From positions 1 through 42,860 of the forward strand of contig CAYYTN010000002.1 of the NCBI GenBank assembly GCA_964474495.1: a stretch of 42,860 nt of DNA, given 5' to 3'. The stretch comes from an uncultured Chloroflexota bacterium. Lineage in GTDB: Bacteria; Chloroflexota; UBA11872; VXNJ01. Positions 1 through 9,503 of this stretch are shown here, one piece after another (position 1 is the stretch's first letter; every line of letters starts with the position of its first letter). Made by a program: the position numbers and the translations under genes. The notes under the pieces were generated by a model, which was not told where the DNA came from, did not search any database, and saw nothing but the letters and a program-made list of their open reading frames with translations.

Positions 1-171
1 GTCGAGGACAACGAGAAAGGTGTCGCGGGGATCGAATCCGGGGTCGAGTTCCAGGAGGCGGCGCTCCTCCTTCGGATCCTTGCCTAGGACCCGGCCCACG
101 AGGTCGAGGCCGCTGAGCAGCAGTTGCTCGCTTTCAGCCCGCACGACCCGACGGTTGCGATCAGTCTTCAT
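1..171 (-). CDS. hypothetical protein, N-terminal fragment (gene runs off the left edge)
   Basis: ATG at 169-171 (minus) opens a 57-codon frame to the window edge (MKTDRNRRVVRAESEQLLLSGLDLVGRVLGKDPKEERRLLELDPGFDPRDTFLVVLD). Third positions are mostly G/C. No obvious SD and no family recognised. Too short for the ORF track. Confidence 0.3.
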   Translation of the reverse strand, partial: MKTDRNRRVVRAESEQLLLSGLDLVGRVLGKDPKEERRLLELDPGFDPRDTFLVVLD

Positions 172-390
172 GGGTAGCTGCGCCCGGAGAGAGGCCGCCC
201 GATATGTCGCCCGGCAGACCCGATTTACGGCCGCCGAACAGGCTGCGCCGACGAACGGCGGAGGCGGCCGCGAATGATAGCGCGCGGGCCGACGGGGTTC
301 AGTACGAGCGGCGCCGGGGGCGCAGACCCATGATCGGGCTCAGCCTTAGATCTCGCCCGCCGCTCCGCCCGGCAGAATCGGACCTGCCGT

Positions 391-1971
391 CTAGACGATG
401 GTCGGGGTGACCAGGCGGTAGCCGTCGGGATAGCGGTACATGGTGGTGCCGCCGCCGATGGAGTAGATCTTCTTGCCCCAGGCCTCCAGGTGAGCGGAGG
501 CGCCGGCGAAGCCGAAGGTCTGGAAGCCGGGCTGGAGCTGCTGCTCATCGCCCTCGGTCCCGACTTTGTAGATGCCGGGGACAGTATTTTCGCTGACGGT
601 CTGGAAGTCGGCCGGGATGAACTGTGCGTCGGGGCTGAGGTTGTAGATGACCGTGGTGATGAATCCGGGACCGGGAATATCGATGCGCACCATCCGGCGC
701 GAGGTTTGCATGTAGGGCCCGTAGCGGTCGGGCGTCTTGGTGGCCTGCCGGGAGTAGGTGTTCTTGAGGTACTTCATGCAGAGCCGCAGGACCGGGTAGG
801 CGATATCTTCGCGGAGGAAGCTGCGCATGTTGTAGATGGCGATTCGGTCGGCGCCGGCGGCCAGGGCGTTGGCGTAGCCCTGAATCAGAAAATGAATGCG
901 CTCGATCGGGGAAGCGGTGAGGTTCCAATTCGTGGTCGGGTCGATCGGGTCGGTGGAGACCGGAACGCCCATTTCGGTGAGCCAGAGTTCCTTGTCTTCC
1001 ATGCCGGCGGCGTCGAGTTCCTCCCGATAGGCCTTGATGAACTCGCCGATCCGCTCGGGCTCCTTGTGGAGGTTGAGCCCCATGTGGTTGAAGTAGAACT
1101 GGTTGTCGGCGGCGGCCGGGTCTTGATCCATCGCTTCGAGGAAGCGGTGCCAGAACGTCCGCAGGTCGCCTTCGACGTTGCAGATGTCATCGACGATGCC
1201 GAGGCTGGCCATGATGACGTCGAGATCGGGACTGGCGTTCTTGATCGCAAGCCAGGCGTTCCGCAACAGGGCCAGGTAGGTCGCGGGGTCGGAGTTCCAC
1301 GAGTAGCCGGGGTGGGCGGGATTGCAGATGTCGGGCTCGTTGCCGATGATCCACTTCGAGATCGGGTTTCGGCCGTCGGCGGCGCGGGGAATGCCGTCCG
1401 GATCGTCGTAGGCGGGAAGGCGGCTCTTGGCCAGGTGATGGGCCATCCAGCCCCAGTGGTTGTTGCCGTTATACCAGGGAAGGTCCATCCCGTTAGGCGG
1501 GATGCGTTTGTCCTGGCCGCCGTTGGCATAGCCGGCGACCCATTGCAGCAGGCCGTTGACTTCGATGCCGGTGGGGTAGTTCTGGTCGGTGGACATCGCG
1601 GGGAAGAGATTCGGGTCGTAGTGGGACATGGTGTCCCAGAGGAACTGCTCGCGGGTCCAGGCGACGTTGAGCTGGGTGACGTTCTCGGGCTGGTTGATGT
1701 GGGGGAGTACGAGGTCGCTACAGAGCACCCCGCCGAAACGGCGGTCGGCGCCGAGATGTCCGCCGGGGAATTCGCCGGGAACCGGAACTCGCGGGGCGGG
1801 GGTGGGCGCCGGGGCGGGCTGATCGGCGGGCGGCGTTTCTTCGGCCAGGGTGGTCGCCGGCACGGCGGCGGCGGCGAGCAGAGAGGCTCCGGCGGTCAGC
1901 CGCAGGGCGGTTCGGCGACTGAGTGCGAACCGCTCCGGGGTCGGAGAGACTTCGGCGTTGCTGTTTGTCAT
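391..1971 (-). CDS. secreted clan GH-A-like glycoside hydrolase with Tat signal
   Basis: Track ORF 391..2166 trimmed to the internal ATG at 1971, which follows AAGGAAG. The N-terminus MTNSNAEVSPTPERFALSRRTALRLTAGASLLAAAAVPATTLA looks like a twin-arginine signal. IIGNEPD (acid/base NEP) and LWLTEMG (nucleophile-type TE) motifs are typical of (beta/alpha)8 clan A glycosidases. The exact GH family was not determined. Confidence 0.7.
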   Translation of the reverse strand: MTNSNAEVSPTPERFALSRRTALRLTAGASLLAAAAVPATTLAEETPPADQPAPAPTPAPRVPVPGEFPGGHLGADRRFGGVLCSDLVLPHINQPENVTQLNVAWTREQFLWDTMSHYDPNLFPAMSTDQNYPTGIEVNGLLQWVAGYANGGQDKRIPPNGMDLPWYNGNNHWGWMAHHLAKSRLPAYDDPDGIPRAADGRNPISKWIIGNEPDICNPAHPGYSWNSDPATYLALLRNAWLAIKNASPDLDVIMASLGIVDDICNVEGDLRTFWHRFLEAMDQDPAAADNQFYFNHMGLNLHKEPERIGEFIKAYREELDAAGMEDKELWLTEMGVPVSTDPIDPTTNWNLTASPIERIHFLIQGYANALAAGADRIAIYNMRSFLREDIAYPVLRLCMKYLKNTYSRQATKTPDRYGPYMQTSRRMVRIDIPGPGFITTVIYNLSPDAQFIPADFQTVSENTVPGIYKVGTEGDEQQLQPGFQTFGFAGASAHLEAWGKKIYSIGGGTTMYRYPDGYRLVTPTIV

Positions 1972-2471
1972 TTCGGCTTCCTTGCGTTTAGCGGGCGGCA
2001 ATATTGGATGAGGAACGCAGGGAGCACAAGCGAATCGTCCCCCCGGAATCCGGCGATGTGATCTGGCCGGCAGCCCGGCGGACTCAGTGAGTCCCGTGGC
2101 TTTGCGTCCCCATCTCACGATGGGTTTGCCCTTTACGACTTTGCCGTCTAGAAGAATGATCGGCATTCCATCTAGCCGGAATCAAGACTTTGCCATCGTA
2201 GTCCTCTTCGCTACCCGAGAATGTTCAGTCGCTAACACTTTCGGCGAGATTTCCTTCGCGGCGGCTGTGGTGAATCGGGCCTCCGCCTGGCCTGAAGGGG
2301 AGCCGATCATGGGGCCGGGGGCGGCGATCCACCGGAGGAGTCTCGTCGGATATCGCGAGGCGACGAAAGATTGTTCGTCTGTTTGGAGCGCCCGGCGGTT
2401 GCCTGGGCTAGAATCTACCGGATTTTTCGGGGGGTTGGCGAGGAAGGCTACTCACCCTGCAAATCGAATAC

Positions 2472-2825
2472 TTGGCGAGCTACCTGCCACTGTTGGTGGC
2501 AACGGTGGCGGCAATCGGGTTCGTTGGCATAACCATCGGTCTCGGTTTTGTTCTTGCTCCCCAGCAATTTTCCCGACTCAAGCGCACTATCTACGAGTGC
2601 GGGATGGAGTCGACCGGCGGCGGCTGGCGGCAGGTCCACATCCGCTACTACCTGATGGCGATCCTTTTTGTGGTTTTCGCGGTCGAGGGCGTCTTCCTGT
2701 TCCCCTGGGCGGCGGTCCTGGGTGAAATCGGCACGTTCGCCTTCGTCGAGATGCTGGTATTCATGGGCATCCTGTTTTTCGGCCTGATCTATGCCTGGCG
2801 GAAGGGTGCGTTCGAGTGGCGCTAG
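2472..2825 (+). CDS. nuoA: NADH-quinone oxidoreductase subunit A
   Basis: TTG start, 117 aa, three hydrophobic segments. The YECG motif and operon position ahead of nuoB fit NuoA. Confidence 0.9.
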   Translation: MASYLPLLVATVAAIGFVGITIGLGFVLAPQQFSRLKRTIYECGMESTGGGWRQVHIRYYLMAILFVVFAVEGVFLFPWAAVLGEIGTFAFVEMLVFMGILFFGLIYAWRKGAFEWR

Positions 2826-3406
2826 ATGTGAACCCCGACCAGCCGCTGTTCATGCCCGGTGATGACCAACCGTTGATTCACGAGGAAGCCCGACCACCCC
2901 TCGGCGACGCGCCGATCGGTGGCCTTTACCAGAGCCTGGGTCCCAGTATCGTGACCCTGAAGCTGGACGAGCTGTTTGCCCTGGGCCGCAAGAACTCCTT
3001 GTGGCCGGCGATGTTTGGAATCGCCTGCTGCGCGATCGAGATGATCGGCAGCTACATGGCCAACTACGACCTGGACCGGATGGGCATTCTGCCGTTCGCG
3101 TCGCCGCGGCAGGCGGACGTGATGCTGGTGGCAGGCACCGTGAACCGCAAGATGGCCCGGGTGGTCACCCGACTGTGGGAGCAAATGCCGATGCCGAAGT
3201 GGGCGATCGCGATGGGATCGTGCGCGGTCTGTGGCGGCCCCTTCTACTCCTACAAGAACGTGGTCGAAGGCGTGGACAAGATCATCCCGGTGGACGTTTA
3301 CGTTCCGGGGTGCCCGCCGCGCCCGGAGGCGCTGATCGACGGATTTGTGCAGTTGCAGGCGAAGGTGATGGCGGACGCGAAGGCCGGTGCATGGCGCAAG
3401 AAGTAG
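2816..3406 (+). CDS. nuoB: NADH-quinone oxidoreductase subunit B
   Basis: [19 protein letters not shown] and [11 protein letters not shown] cluster-N2 cysteine motifs. The start is uncertain: GTG 2816, GTG 2828 or ATG 2852. It overlaps the nuoA end. Confidence 0.9.
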   Translation: MALDVNPDQPLFMPGDDQPLIHEEARPPLGDAPIGGLYQSLGPSIVTLKLDELFALGRKNSLWPAMFGIACCAIEMIGSYMANYDLDRMGILPFASPRQADVMLVAGTVNRKMARVVTRLWEQMPMPKWAIAMGSCAVCGGPFYSYKNVVEGVDKIIPVDVYVPGCPPRPEALIDGFVQLQAKVMADAKAGAWRKK

Positions 3407-3960
3407 CGCCCTCGAACCCGGCCCCCGACCGCGCGGCGATCGCGGTGTGGGCGAAGGCCAGTTTCGAGCCGCTCGGCGGAACGGTGGCGGAGGATCGCCA
3501 GTTTGTGGAAGTCGAGTTGCCGGCGGCCAACATCCGCAAGGCCGCCCGGATCATCCGCGAGAACCCCGAGATCGAATTCAGCCTGCTGTACGACATCTGC
3601 GGCCTGCACTGGCCGGATGACGAGGAACTCGAGGCCGTCTATCACTTTTTCGGCGGCTGGCACGCCGAGGGATTGGTGCTGAGAACGCGAGTGCCAGAGG
3701 CGGACCCGGTCATTCCGTCGATCAGCGAGGACTGGCCGACGGCCAACTGGCACGAACGCGAAACCACGGACATGTTCTTGATTCAGTTCGAGGGCCACCC
3801 CTACCCAGAACCGCTGCTGCTGGAGACGGACATGCAGGGCGCGCTGCTGAAGCACTACCCGCAGCGGGAGGCGCCCGACGTCGTGGAGCGGTTCAAGGCC
3901 CGCGGAGAGACCCCATTCCAGGTCTGGAAGCCGGTTCGTCCCGAGATCGCCGATGACTGA
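3391..3960 (+). CDS. nuoC: NADH-quinone oxidoreductase subunit C
   Basis: ATG at 3391, in frame within track ORF 3001..3960. The upstream part of that ORF is out-of-frame read-through of nuoB. The sequence ...[19 protein letters not shown]... resembles the 30-kDa subunit. It overlaps the nuoB stop. Confidence 0.88.
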   Translation: MAQEVAPSNPAPDRAAIAVWAKASFEPLGGTVAEDRQFVEVELPAANIRKAARIIRENPEIEFSLLYDICGLHWPDDEELEAVYHFFGGWHAEGLVLRTRVPEADPVIPSISEDWPTANWHERETTDMFLIQFEGHPYPEPLLLETDMQGALLKHYPQREAPDVVERFKARGETPFQVWKPVRPEIADD

Positions 3961-5089
3961 GGCTCAGCTTCCGAACCCCGGCGTCCCGGATCTTGAGACC
4001 CAGGCGATGGAAATCAACATGGGGCCCCAACACCCCAGCACCCACGGCGTCTGCCGGCTGGATATCGTCGTCGATGGCGAAGTGATTCAACGATGTCGTC
4101 CGGATATCGGGTTTCTGCACCGCGGCATCGAGAAGATCGCTGAGGACTTGAGCATCGGCCAGGTAGCGGTGATAACGGATCGCGCCGACTATCTATGCGC
4201 GCTGAATACGGAGTTCGGGCTGATGCTGGCGGCGGAGCAGCTGTACGGCGTGGAGGTCCCCGAACGAGCGGAGTACATCCGGGTGATCCTGGCGGAGTTG
4301 AACCGGATCGCCAACCACATGATGTTTTACGGCGCCATCGGCACCGATTCCGGATTCAGTTCCCCCTACATCTTCGCCTGGTGGAATCGTGAAGTCATCC
4401 AGGATGTCCTGGAAGAGGTGAGCGGTGCCCGCCTGTTGCACAACTACTTTTCGCTGGGCGGGCTGCGACAGGATGTGCCATCGGGCTTCAAGGATTCGGT
4501 CGCGGCCATCCTGCCCCGGTTGTCACAGGGAATCGATGAGTGTGATGGGCTGCTGTCCGGCAGCGAGATCTTCCGGGTCCGAACGCGCGGCCTGAACTCG
4601 ACTACTCCTGAAGAAGCGATGAGCCTGGGTCTCACCGGTCCGGTGCTACGGGCTACCGGGATAGAACGAGACCTGCGGAAGCTCCTGGGCTATTCGATCT
4701 ACGACAAGTTCGACTTCGAGGTCCCGGTTGGCACCGTCGGCGATGTCTACGAACGCTACCTGATGCGGGTTTTGGAAATGCGCCAGTCGATCCGAATTAT
4801 CGAGCAGGCGCTGGAGGGGATGCCGGCCACGGGCGAGTTCCTTGGTGAGGTTCCGCGGCGGCTGCGCTTCCCCGAGGGCGAGGCCTACTCGCGTACCGAG
4901 AGCCCCCGTGGCGAGCTGGGAATCTACCTGGTGGGCAACGGCCAGAACACCCCCTACCGGCTCAAGATCCGGGCGCCGGCATTCGTGCACGCCGGGGCGA
5001 TGGAGCAGATGCTGGTGGGCGGGTACATCCCGGACGCGGTGGTCATCTTCGCTTCGGTGGACATCGTGCTGGGCGAGGCCGACCGATGA
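3953..5089 (+). CDS. nuoD: NADH-quinone oxidoreductase subunit D
   Basis: MGPQHPSTHGV and ELNRIANHMMF motifs, 378 aa. It overlaps the nuoC stop by 8 nt. Confidence 0.95.
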   Translation: MTEAQLPNPGVPDLETQAMEINMGPQHPSTHGVCRLDIVVDGEVIQRCRPDIGFLHRGIEKIAEDLSIGQVAVITDRADYLCALNTEFGLMLAAEQLYGVEVPERAEYIRVILAELNRIANHMMFYGAIGTDSGFSSPYIFAWWNREVIQDVLEEVSGARLLHNYFSLGGLRQDVPSGFKDSVAAILPRLSQGIDECDGLLSGSEIFRVRTRGLNSTTPEEAMSLGLTGPVLRATGIERDLRKLLGYSIYDKFDFEVPVGTVGDVYERYLMRVLEMRQSIRIIEQALEGMPATGEFLGEVPRRLRFPEGEAYSRTESPRGELGIYLVGNGQNTPYRLKIRAPAFVHAGAMEQMLVGGYIPDAVVIFASVDIVLGEADR

Positions 5090-6198
5090 CGCTGGTCGAC
5101 GTAATGACGATCATAGTGAAGGTGGCCATCTGCCTGGCGATCACGCCGCTGCTGGCGCTGGTGCTGGTCTACGGTGAACGCAAGACGCTGGGTCGCCTGC
5201 AGCGCCGGATGGGGCCGTGGCACGTGGGCCCGATGGGTACGCTGCAGACGGTGGCCGACGCGGTGAAGTTGTTGATGAAAGAAATCCTGATGCCGGCGGG
5301 CGCCGAACCCTGGGCCTACTTCATCGCCCCGATCGTCGTTTTCGCTCCGTCGGTCCTGGTGATCGTGGCGATCCCGTTCACGCGGGAACTGGTGGCCGCA
5401 AACCTGGACCTGAGTCTGCTCTACGTCTTCGCTGTACCCGCCCTGGGCACGATCGGCTTCATCATGGCCGGCTGGGCGTCGGGCAACAAATGGGCCCTGC
5501 TGGGCGGCATTCGCTACGTGGCGCAGGCCGTCAGCTATGAGATTCCGTTGGTCTTCTCGGTGCTGGGCGTGGCGCTGTTCGCCGGATCACTCTCATTGAT
5601 GGACATCGTGGACGCGCAGGCGGACAGCGTGTGGTTTGTGGTCGTTCAACCGACGGCGGTGGTGATCTTCTTCATGGCGGCGCTGGCGGAGCACTCGCGT
5701 ACGCCGTTTGACATGGCGGTGGGGGAGTCGGAGGTCATAGGCGGGCCGTCGATCGAGTATTCGGGAATCGCCTGGGCGATGTTCTTCCTGGCGGAGTACG
5801 TGAACGTGTTCATTATGGCGTCGCTGACGACGGTTCTGTTCCTGGGGGGTTGGGCGGGGCCTTTCCTGCCGGGATGGATCTGGTTCCTCATCAAGGCCGT
5901 GCCGCTGATGATCTTCACCTTCTACTTGCGCGGGACGGTACCAAGGCTGCGGATCGACCAGTTGATGGGGCTGTGCTGGAAGGTGTTGATCCCGTTGTCG
6001 CTGCTGAACCTGATCGTTGCGGCCACGTTTGTGGTCTACGGGTGGGCGCCGACGATCCCGCTGGCGATCGTGTCGCTGGCGGGAGCGTACTGGTTCTACC
6101 GGCGCGAATGGCTCAAGGTATTCGAGCTTCCCGAGCGCCCGCCGGTGCGCAAGCCGGTGCCGTCACGCGCCCTGGCCCAGACGGCGGACCCGGCATGA
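5086..6198 (+). CDS. nuoH: NADH-quinone oxidoreductase subunit H
   Basis: ATGA overlap with the nuoD stop. Polytopic membrane protein with ERK..G..Q.R.GP (GERKTLGRLQRRMGPWHVGP) and EYSG motifs. Confidence 0.95.
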   Translation: MTLVDVMTIIVKVAICLAITPLLALVLVYGERKTLGRLQRRMGPWHVGPMGTLQTVADAVKLLMKEILMPAGAEPWAYFIAPIVVFAPSVLVIVAIPFTRELVAANLDLSLLYVFAVPALGTIGFIMAGWASGNKWALLGGIRYVAQAVSYEIPLVFSVLGVALFAGSLSLMDIVDAQADSVWFVVVQPTAVVIFFMAALAEHSRTPFDMAVGESEVIGGPSIEYSGIAWAMFFLAEYVNVFIMASLTTVLFLGGWAGPFLPGWIWFLIKAVPLMIFTFYLRGTVPRLRIDQLMGLCWKVLIPLSLLNLIVAATFVVYGWAPTIPLAIVSLAGAYWFYRREWLKVFELPERPPVRKPVPSRALAQTADPA

Positions 6199-6223
6199 GC
6201 AAGACTATTCGCGGAGCGGGCGT

Positions 6224-6751
6224 ATGCGCGGGATTCTGAAGGCGTTCAAAGAGACGCTGAGCTCCGCCGGGCGGGCTCCGGTGACGGAAATGTACCCGTA
6301 CGAGCCGGCCCGCATGACCCCGCGGTCACGTGGGGCGCCGGGTCTGCTCTGGAACGACGAAGTGGATGAGATTGTCTGCACCGGTTGCCGAGCGTGCGCC
6401 CGGGAGTGCCCGGACAAGTGCATCTTCGTGAGCCTGGAGCGCTACGAAGGCGACAAGACCGAGCGCAAGACGATTGTCGACGAGTTCTACCTGGACCTGG
6501 CCCTCTGCTCGTACTGCGGTATCTGCGTCTACGTCTGCCCCTACGAGGCAATCGAAATGACGCCGGAGTTCGCGTACTCGTCCTACAACGTCCGCTCGAT
6601 GGTCCTGGACAAGGGGGAACTGGTGCAGATCGCCCGCGGGATGGAGCGCACGACGAAGAACCCGCCGAACGCCTCGGGGGCGCCGCAGCCGATGGTGGCC
6701 GAAGCGGAATCGCCGGAGGCGACGGCGGCCGAACCCGAGGGCGAGACCTGA
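6224..6751 (+). CDS. nuoI: NADH-quinone oxidoreductase subunit I (2x[4Fe-4S]) with a Pro/Ala/Glu-rich C-terminal tail
   Basis: ATG 6224 within track ORF 6017..6751. Contains CTGCRACARECP and CSYCGICVYVCP ferredoxin motifs. Confidence 0.9.
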   Translation: MRGILKAFKETLSSAGRAPVTEMYPYEPARMTPRSRGAPGLLWNDEVDEIVCTGCRACARECPDKCIFVSLERYEGDKTERKTIVDEFYLDLALCSYCGICVYVCPYEAIEMTPEFAYSSYNVRSMVLDKGELVQIARGMERTTKNPPNASGAPQPMVAEAESPEATAAEPEGET

Positions 6752-6785
6752 TGCAGGGTCAGCAAAGGGTCGGGGGATCAACAGC

Positions 6786-7292
6786 ATGAACTTCGCCGCC
6801 GTCCTTTTCTATGTCTTTTCGGGGATCGCGATCGTGGCGGCGCTCGGCACGGTGCTGGCCCGCAACATCGTGTACGCGGCGCTGTCGCTGGTGGGCGCAA
6901 TGGTGATGATCGCGGGCATCTTCTTCATCCTGCACGCGGATTTCCTGGCGCTAGTGCAATTGCTGATCTACGCCGGGGCGGTGGGAGTTCTCCTGATTTT
7001 CGGTCTCATGCTGACCAACACCGGCCAACCGGCGACCGGCCCCAAGGACCGCTGGCAGCGCCCGATGGCGTTTGTGGCGGCGGTGGCGTTCATCCTGGTG
7101 GCGGGCTACGCGGCGGTTTCGACGGACTGGATGCGGGGCGTGGTTCCGCAGTTGGAGCGAGTCCCGCCGGCGGTGCTGGCGAACTCGCTGTTCCGTAACT
7201 GGGCGCTGCCTTTTGAAATCGCTTCGCTGGTGTTGCTGGTGGCGATGATCGGGGCGATCGTGATCTCGCGCCGGGAGCCGTCGAATGATTGA
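6786..7292 (+). CDS. nuoJ: NADH-quinone oxidoreductase subunit J
   Basis: 168 aa hydrophobic protein. VQLLIYAGAVGVLLIFGLML is typical of NuoJ. Operon position fits. Confidence 0.9.
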   Translation: MNFAAVLFYVFSGIAIVAALGTVLARNIVYAALSLVGAMVMIAGIFFILHADFLALVQLLIYAGAVGVLLIFGLMLTNTGQPATGPKDRWQRPMAFVAAVAFILVAGYAAVSTDWMRGVVPQLERVPPAVLANSLFRNWALPFEIASLVLLVAMIGAIVISRREPSND

Positions 7293-7602
7293 GGCGATTC
7301 CTCTGGATCACGTGGTGCTGGTGGCCACAACGCTGTTCGGGATCGGCCTGTACGGGGTGCTTTCGCGCCGGAACGCGGTGGCGATCTTGATGGCGATCGA
7401 GTTGATGCTGAACGCCGTGAACATCAATTTCATCGCGTTCAGCATGTATCTCTCGCCGGACCCGACCGTCGGCCAGATCGTCGCGGTGTTCGTGATCACG
7501 ATCGCGGCGGCGGAGGTGGCGCTGGGATTGGCGATCGTGCTGCAGATCTTCCGCAACAAATCGAATATCAACGTCGACGACCTGGACCTGCTGCGATGGT
7601 AG
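7285..7602 (+). CDS. nuoK: NADH-quinone oxidoreductase subunit K
   Basis: 105 aa with three TM segments and the MAIELMLNAVNINF motif. It overlaps the nuoJ stop. Confidence 0.92.
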   Translation: MIEAIPLDHVVLVATTLFGIGLYGVLSRRNAVAILMAIELMLNAVNINFIAFSMYLSPDPTVGQIVAVFVITIAAAEVALGLAIVLQIFRNKSNINVDDLDLLRW

Positions 7603-7624
7603 GCATGACAGGGATGGCTCGATA

Positions 7625-9499
7625 ATGTCGATCGCCTGGTTGATCCCGCTTGCTTCGGTGGCGGCATTCGTGCTGTTGGCCTTCGCGGGAAGACGCCTGC
7701 CCGGTGGCGGGGCGATCGTCTCGCTGGTGGCGGTGGCGGCCGGGTTCGGCCTGGCGGTGTACGGCTTCTTCGATCTGCGGGCGGCCGATGTGGCGGTGAA
7801 CGAAGGGCCGGGCCCGTTTGCGGTGGATTTCGTTTCGGCCGGCAATCTGTCGATTCACCTGGGCATGGTGATCGACTCGCTTTCAATCACGATGCTGCTG
7901 GTGGTGACGTTCCTGTCGTTCATCATCCAGCTCTACTCGGTCGGGTACATGCGCGGCGATCCGCGGATTCACTGGTTCTTCGCGGTGGTGGCGCTGTTCA
8001 CGGCGGCAATGCTGGGGCTGGTGCTGGCGAACAACCTGATCATCCTCTACGTGTCCTGGGAGCTTGTGGGACTCTGCTCGTACCTGTTGATCGGGTACTG
8101 GTGGGAACGGCCCTCGGCCCGGGAGGCGGCGAAGAAGGCATTCGTAACGACCCGGATCGGCGATGTGGGGCTGCTGATCGGCATCCTGGTGCTGTTCAAG
8201 GCGACGGGCAGCTTCGAGATCGACCAGATCTTTGAAATGTTGACCGCGGGCGAGATTCCAGCGGGCTCGATCACCCTGGCGGCGGTGCTGATGTTCCTGG
8301 GGGCGATGGGGAAATCGGGGCAGTTCCCGCTGCACGTCTGGCTGCCGGACGCGATGGAGGGGCCGACGCCGGTGAGCGCGCTGATCCACGCGGCGACGAT
8401 GGTGACGGCCGGGGTGTACCTGGTGGCGCGGATGTTCCCGCTGTTCGCGGCCAGCGAGGCGGCGATGCTGGTGGTGCTGACGATCGGCACCATTACGGCG
8501 ATCTTCGCGGCGGTGTTGGCGCTGGTGGAGACGGATATGAAACGGGTGCTGGCATATTCCACGATCAGCCAGCTGGGCTACATGATGTTTGCCCTGGGGG
8601 CGGGGAGCGTGACGGCGGCAATGCTGCACCTGGCGGGCCATGCGTTCTTCAAGGCACTGCTGTTCCTGGGCGCGGGCGCGGTGATGCACGGGACGCACGG
8701 AATCGTGGATATCGACAAATTGGGTGGGCTGCGCAAGAAGATGCCGGTGACGACCTGGACGTTCATCATCGGCGCGCTGTCGCTGGCCGGATTTCCGCTG
8801 CTGAGCGGGTTCTGGAGCAAGGACATGATCCTGAGCACGGCGTTCGACGGCGGGTACTGGGTCACTTTCGTGGTCGGCGTGGTCACGGCGGCACTGACGG
8901 CGTTCTACATGTTCCGGGTGATCTTCCGCGCGTTCTTCGGCGAGGCGCGCTCGGATGAGGCGCGTAATGTCCACCGGGCGGAGCCGATTGTGACTATTCC
9001 GCTGATGGTGCTGGCGTTCTTTGCGATCATCTTCGGCTGGCTGGGCTCACCGTTGGTAGGCGCCCCGTTTGGCGACTTCGTCTTTGCCGGCCACCACGCG
9101 GCCGAGCACGGTGAATCGATCTGGGTGGTGCTGATCTCGTCGGCGGCGGCGATATTCGGAATCCTGGCGGCGTACTCGGTGTACCAGGCCCGAAAACCAG
9201 GGGCGGCCTCGATCCGTTCGGCGGCCGGCGGATTCCACACGTTCCTGGCGAAGCGCGGCTACATGGATATCGCCTATCAGTGGCTGATCGACAATGTCAG
9301 CATGGGCCTGGCGCGGTTCGCGGCGGTGTTTGACCGCAAGGTGGTGAACGACGCCGGCGTCGACGGCGTCGGCGCGGCCGTGCGCCTATCCGGGAAGGGC
9401 CTGCGCCGTGGGGTCACCGGACTGCTGTACAACTACGCGGCGCTGATGGTGGTCGGAGTGGTTGTCCTGGCCGTGGCGGCCCTGTTGGGATCGGCGTAG
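7625..9499 (+). CDS. nuoL: NADH-quinone oxidoreductase subunit L
   Basis: 624 aa antiporter-like subunit with WELVGLCSYLLIGYW and GKSGQFPLHVWLPDAMEGPTPVSALIHAATMVTAGVYL. Confidence 0.95.
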   Translation: MSIAWLIPLASVAAFVLLAFAGRRLPGGGAIVSLVAVAAGFGLAVYGFFDLRAADVAVNEGPGPFAVDFVSAGNLSIHLGMVIDSLSITMLLVVTFLSFIIQLYSVGYMRGDPRIHWFFAVVALFTAAMLGLVLANNLIILYVSWELVGLCSYLLIGYWWERPSAREAAKKAFVTTRIGDVGLLIGILVLFKATGSFEIDQIFEMLTAGEIPAGSITLAAVLMFLGAMGKSGQFPLHVWLPDAMEGPTPVSALIHAATMVTAGVYLVARMFPLFAASEAAMLVVLTIGTITAIFAAVLALVETDMKRVLAYSTISQLGYMMFALGAGSVTAAMLHLAGHAFFKALLFLGAGAVMHGTHGIVDIDKLGGLRKKMPVTTWTFIIGALSLAGFPLLSGFWSKDMILSTAFDGGYWVTFVVGVVTAALTAFYMFRVIFRAFFGEARSDEARNVHRAEPIVTIPLMVLAFFAIIFGWLGSPLVGAPFGDFVFAGHHAAEHGESIWVVLISSAAAIFGILAAYSVYQARKPGAASIRSAAGGFHTFLAKRGYMDIAYQWLIDNVSMGLARFAAVFDRKVVNDAGVDGVGAAVRLSGKGLRRGVTGLLYNYAALMVVGVVVLAVAALLGSA

Positions 9500-9503
9500 G
9501 GCT

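Noticed and set aside
490-2061. 523-aa + strand ORF
   Set aside because: It lies antisense across the whole glycosidase gene. Its Gly/Arg/Val/Asp-rich composition shows no motifs. This is a typical shadow ORF of a high-GC gene whose opposite frame lacks stops.
7090-8974. Long - strand ORFs (7090..7845, 7308..7886, 7883..8974, 8047..8562)
   Set aside because: All are antisense to nuoK and nuoL, which carry unmistakable motifs. Their Arg/Pro/His-rich sequences are not protein-like.
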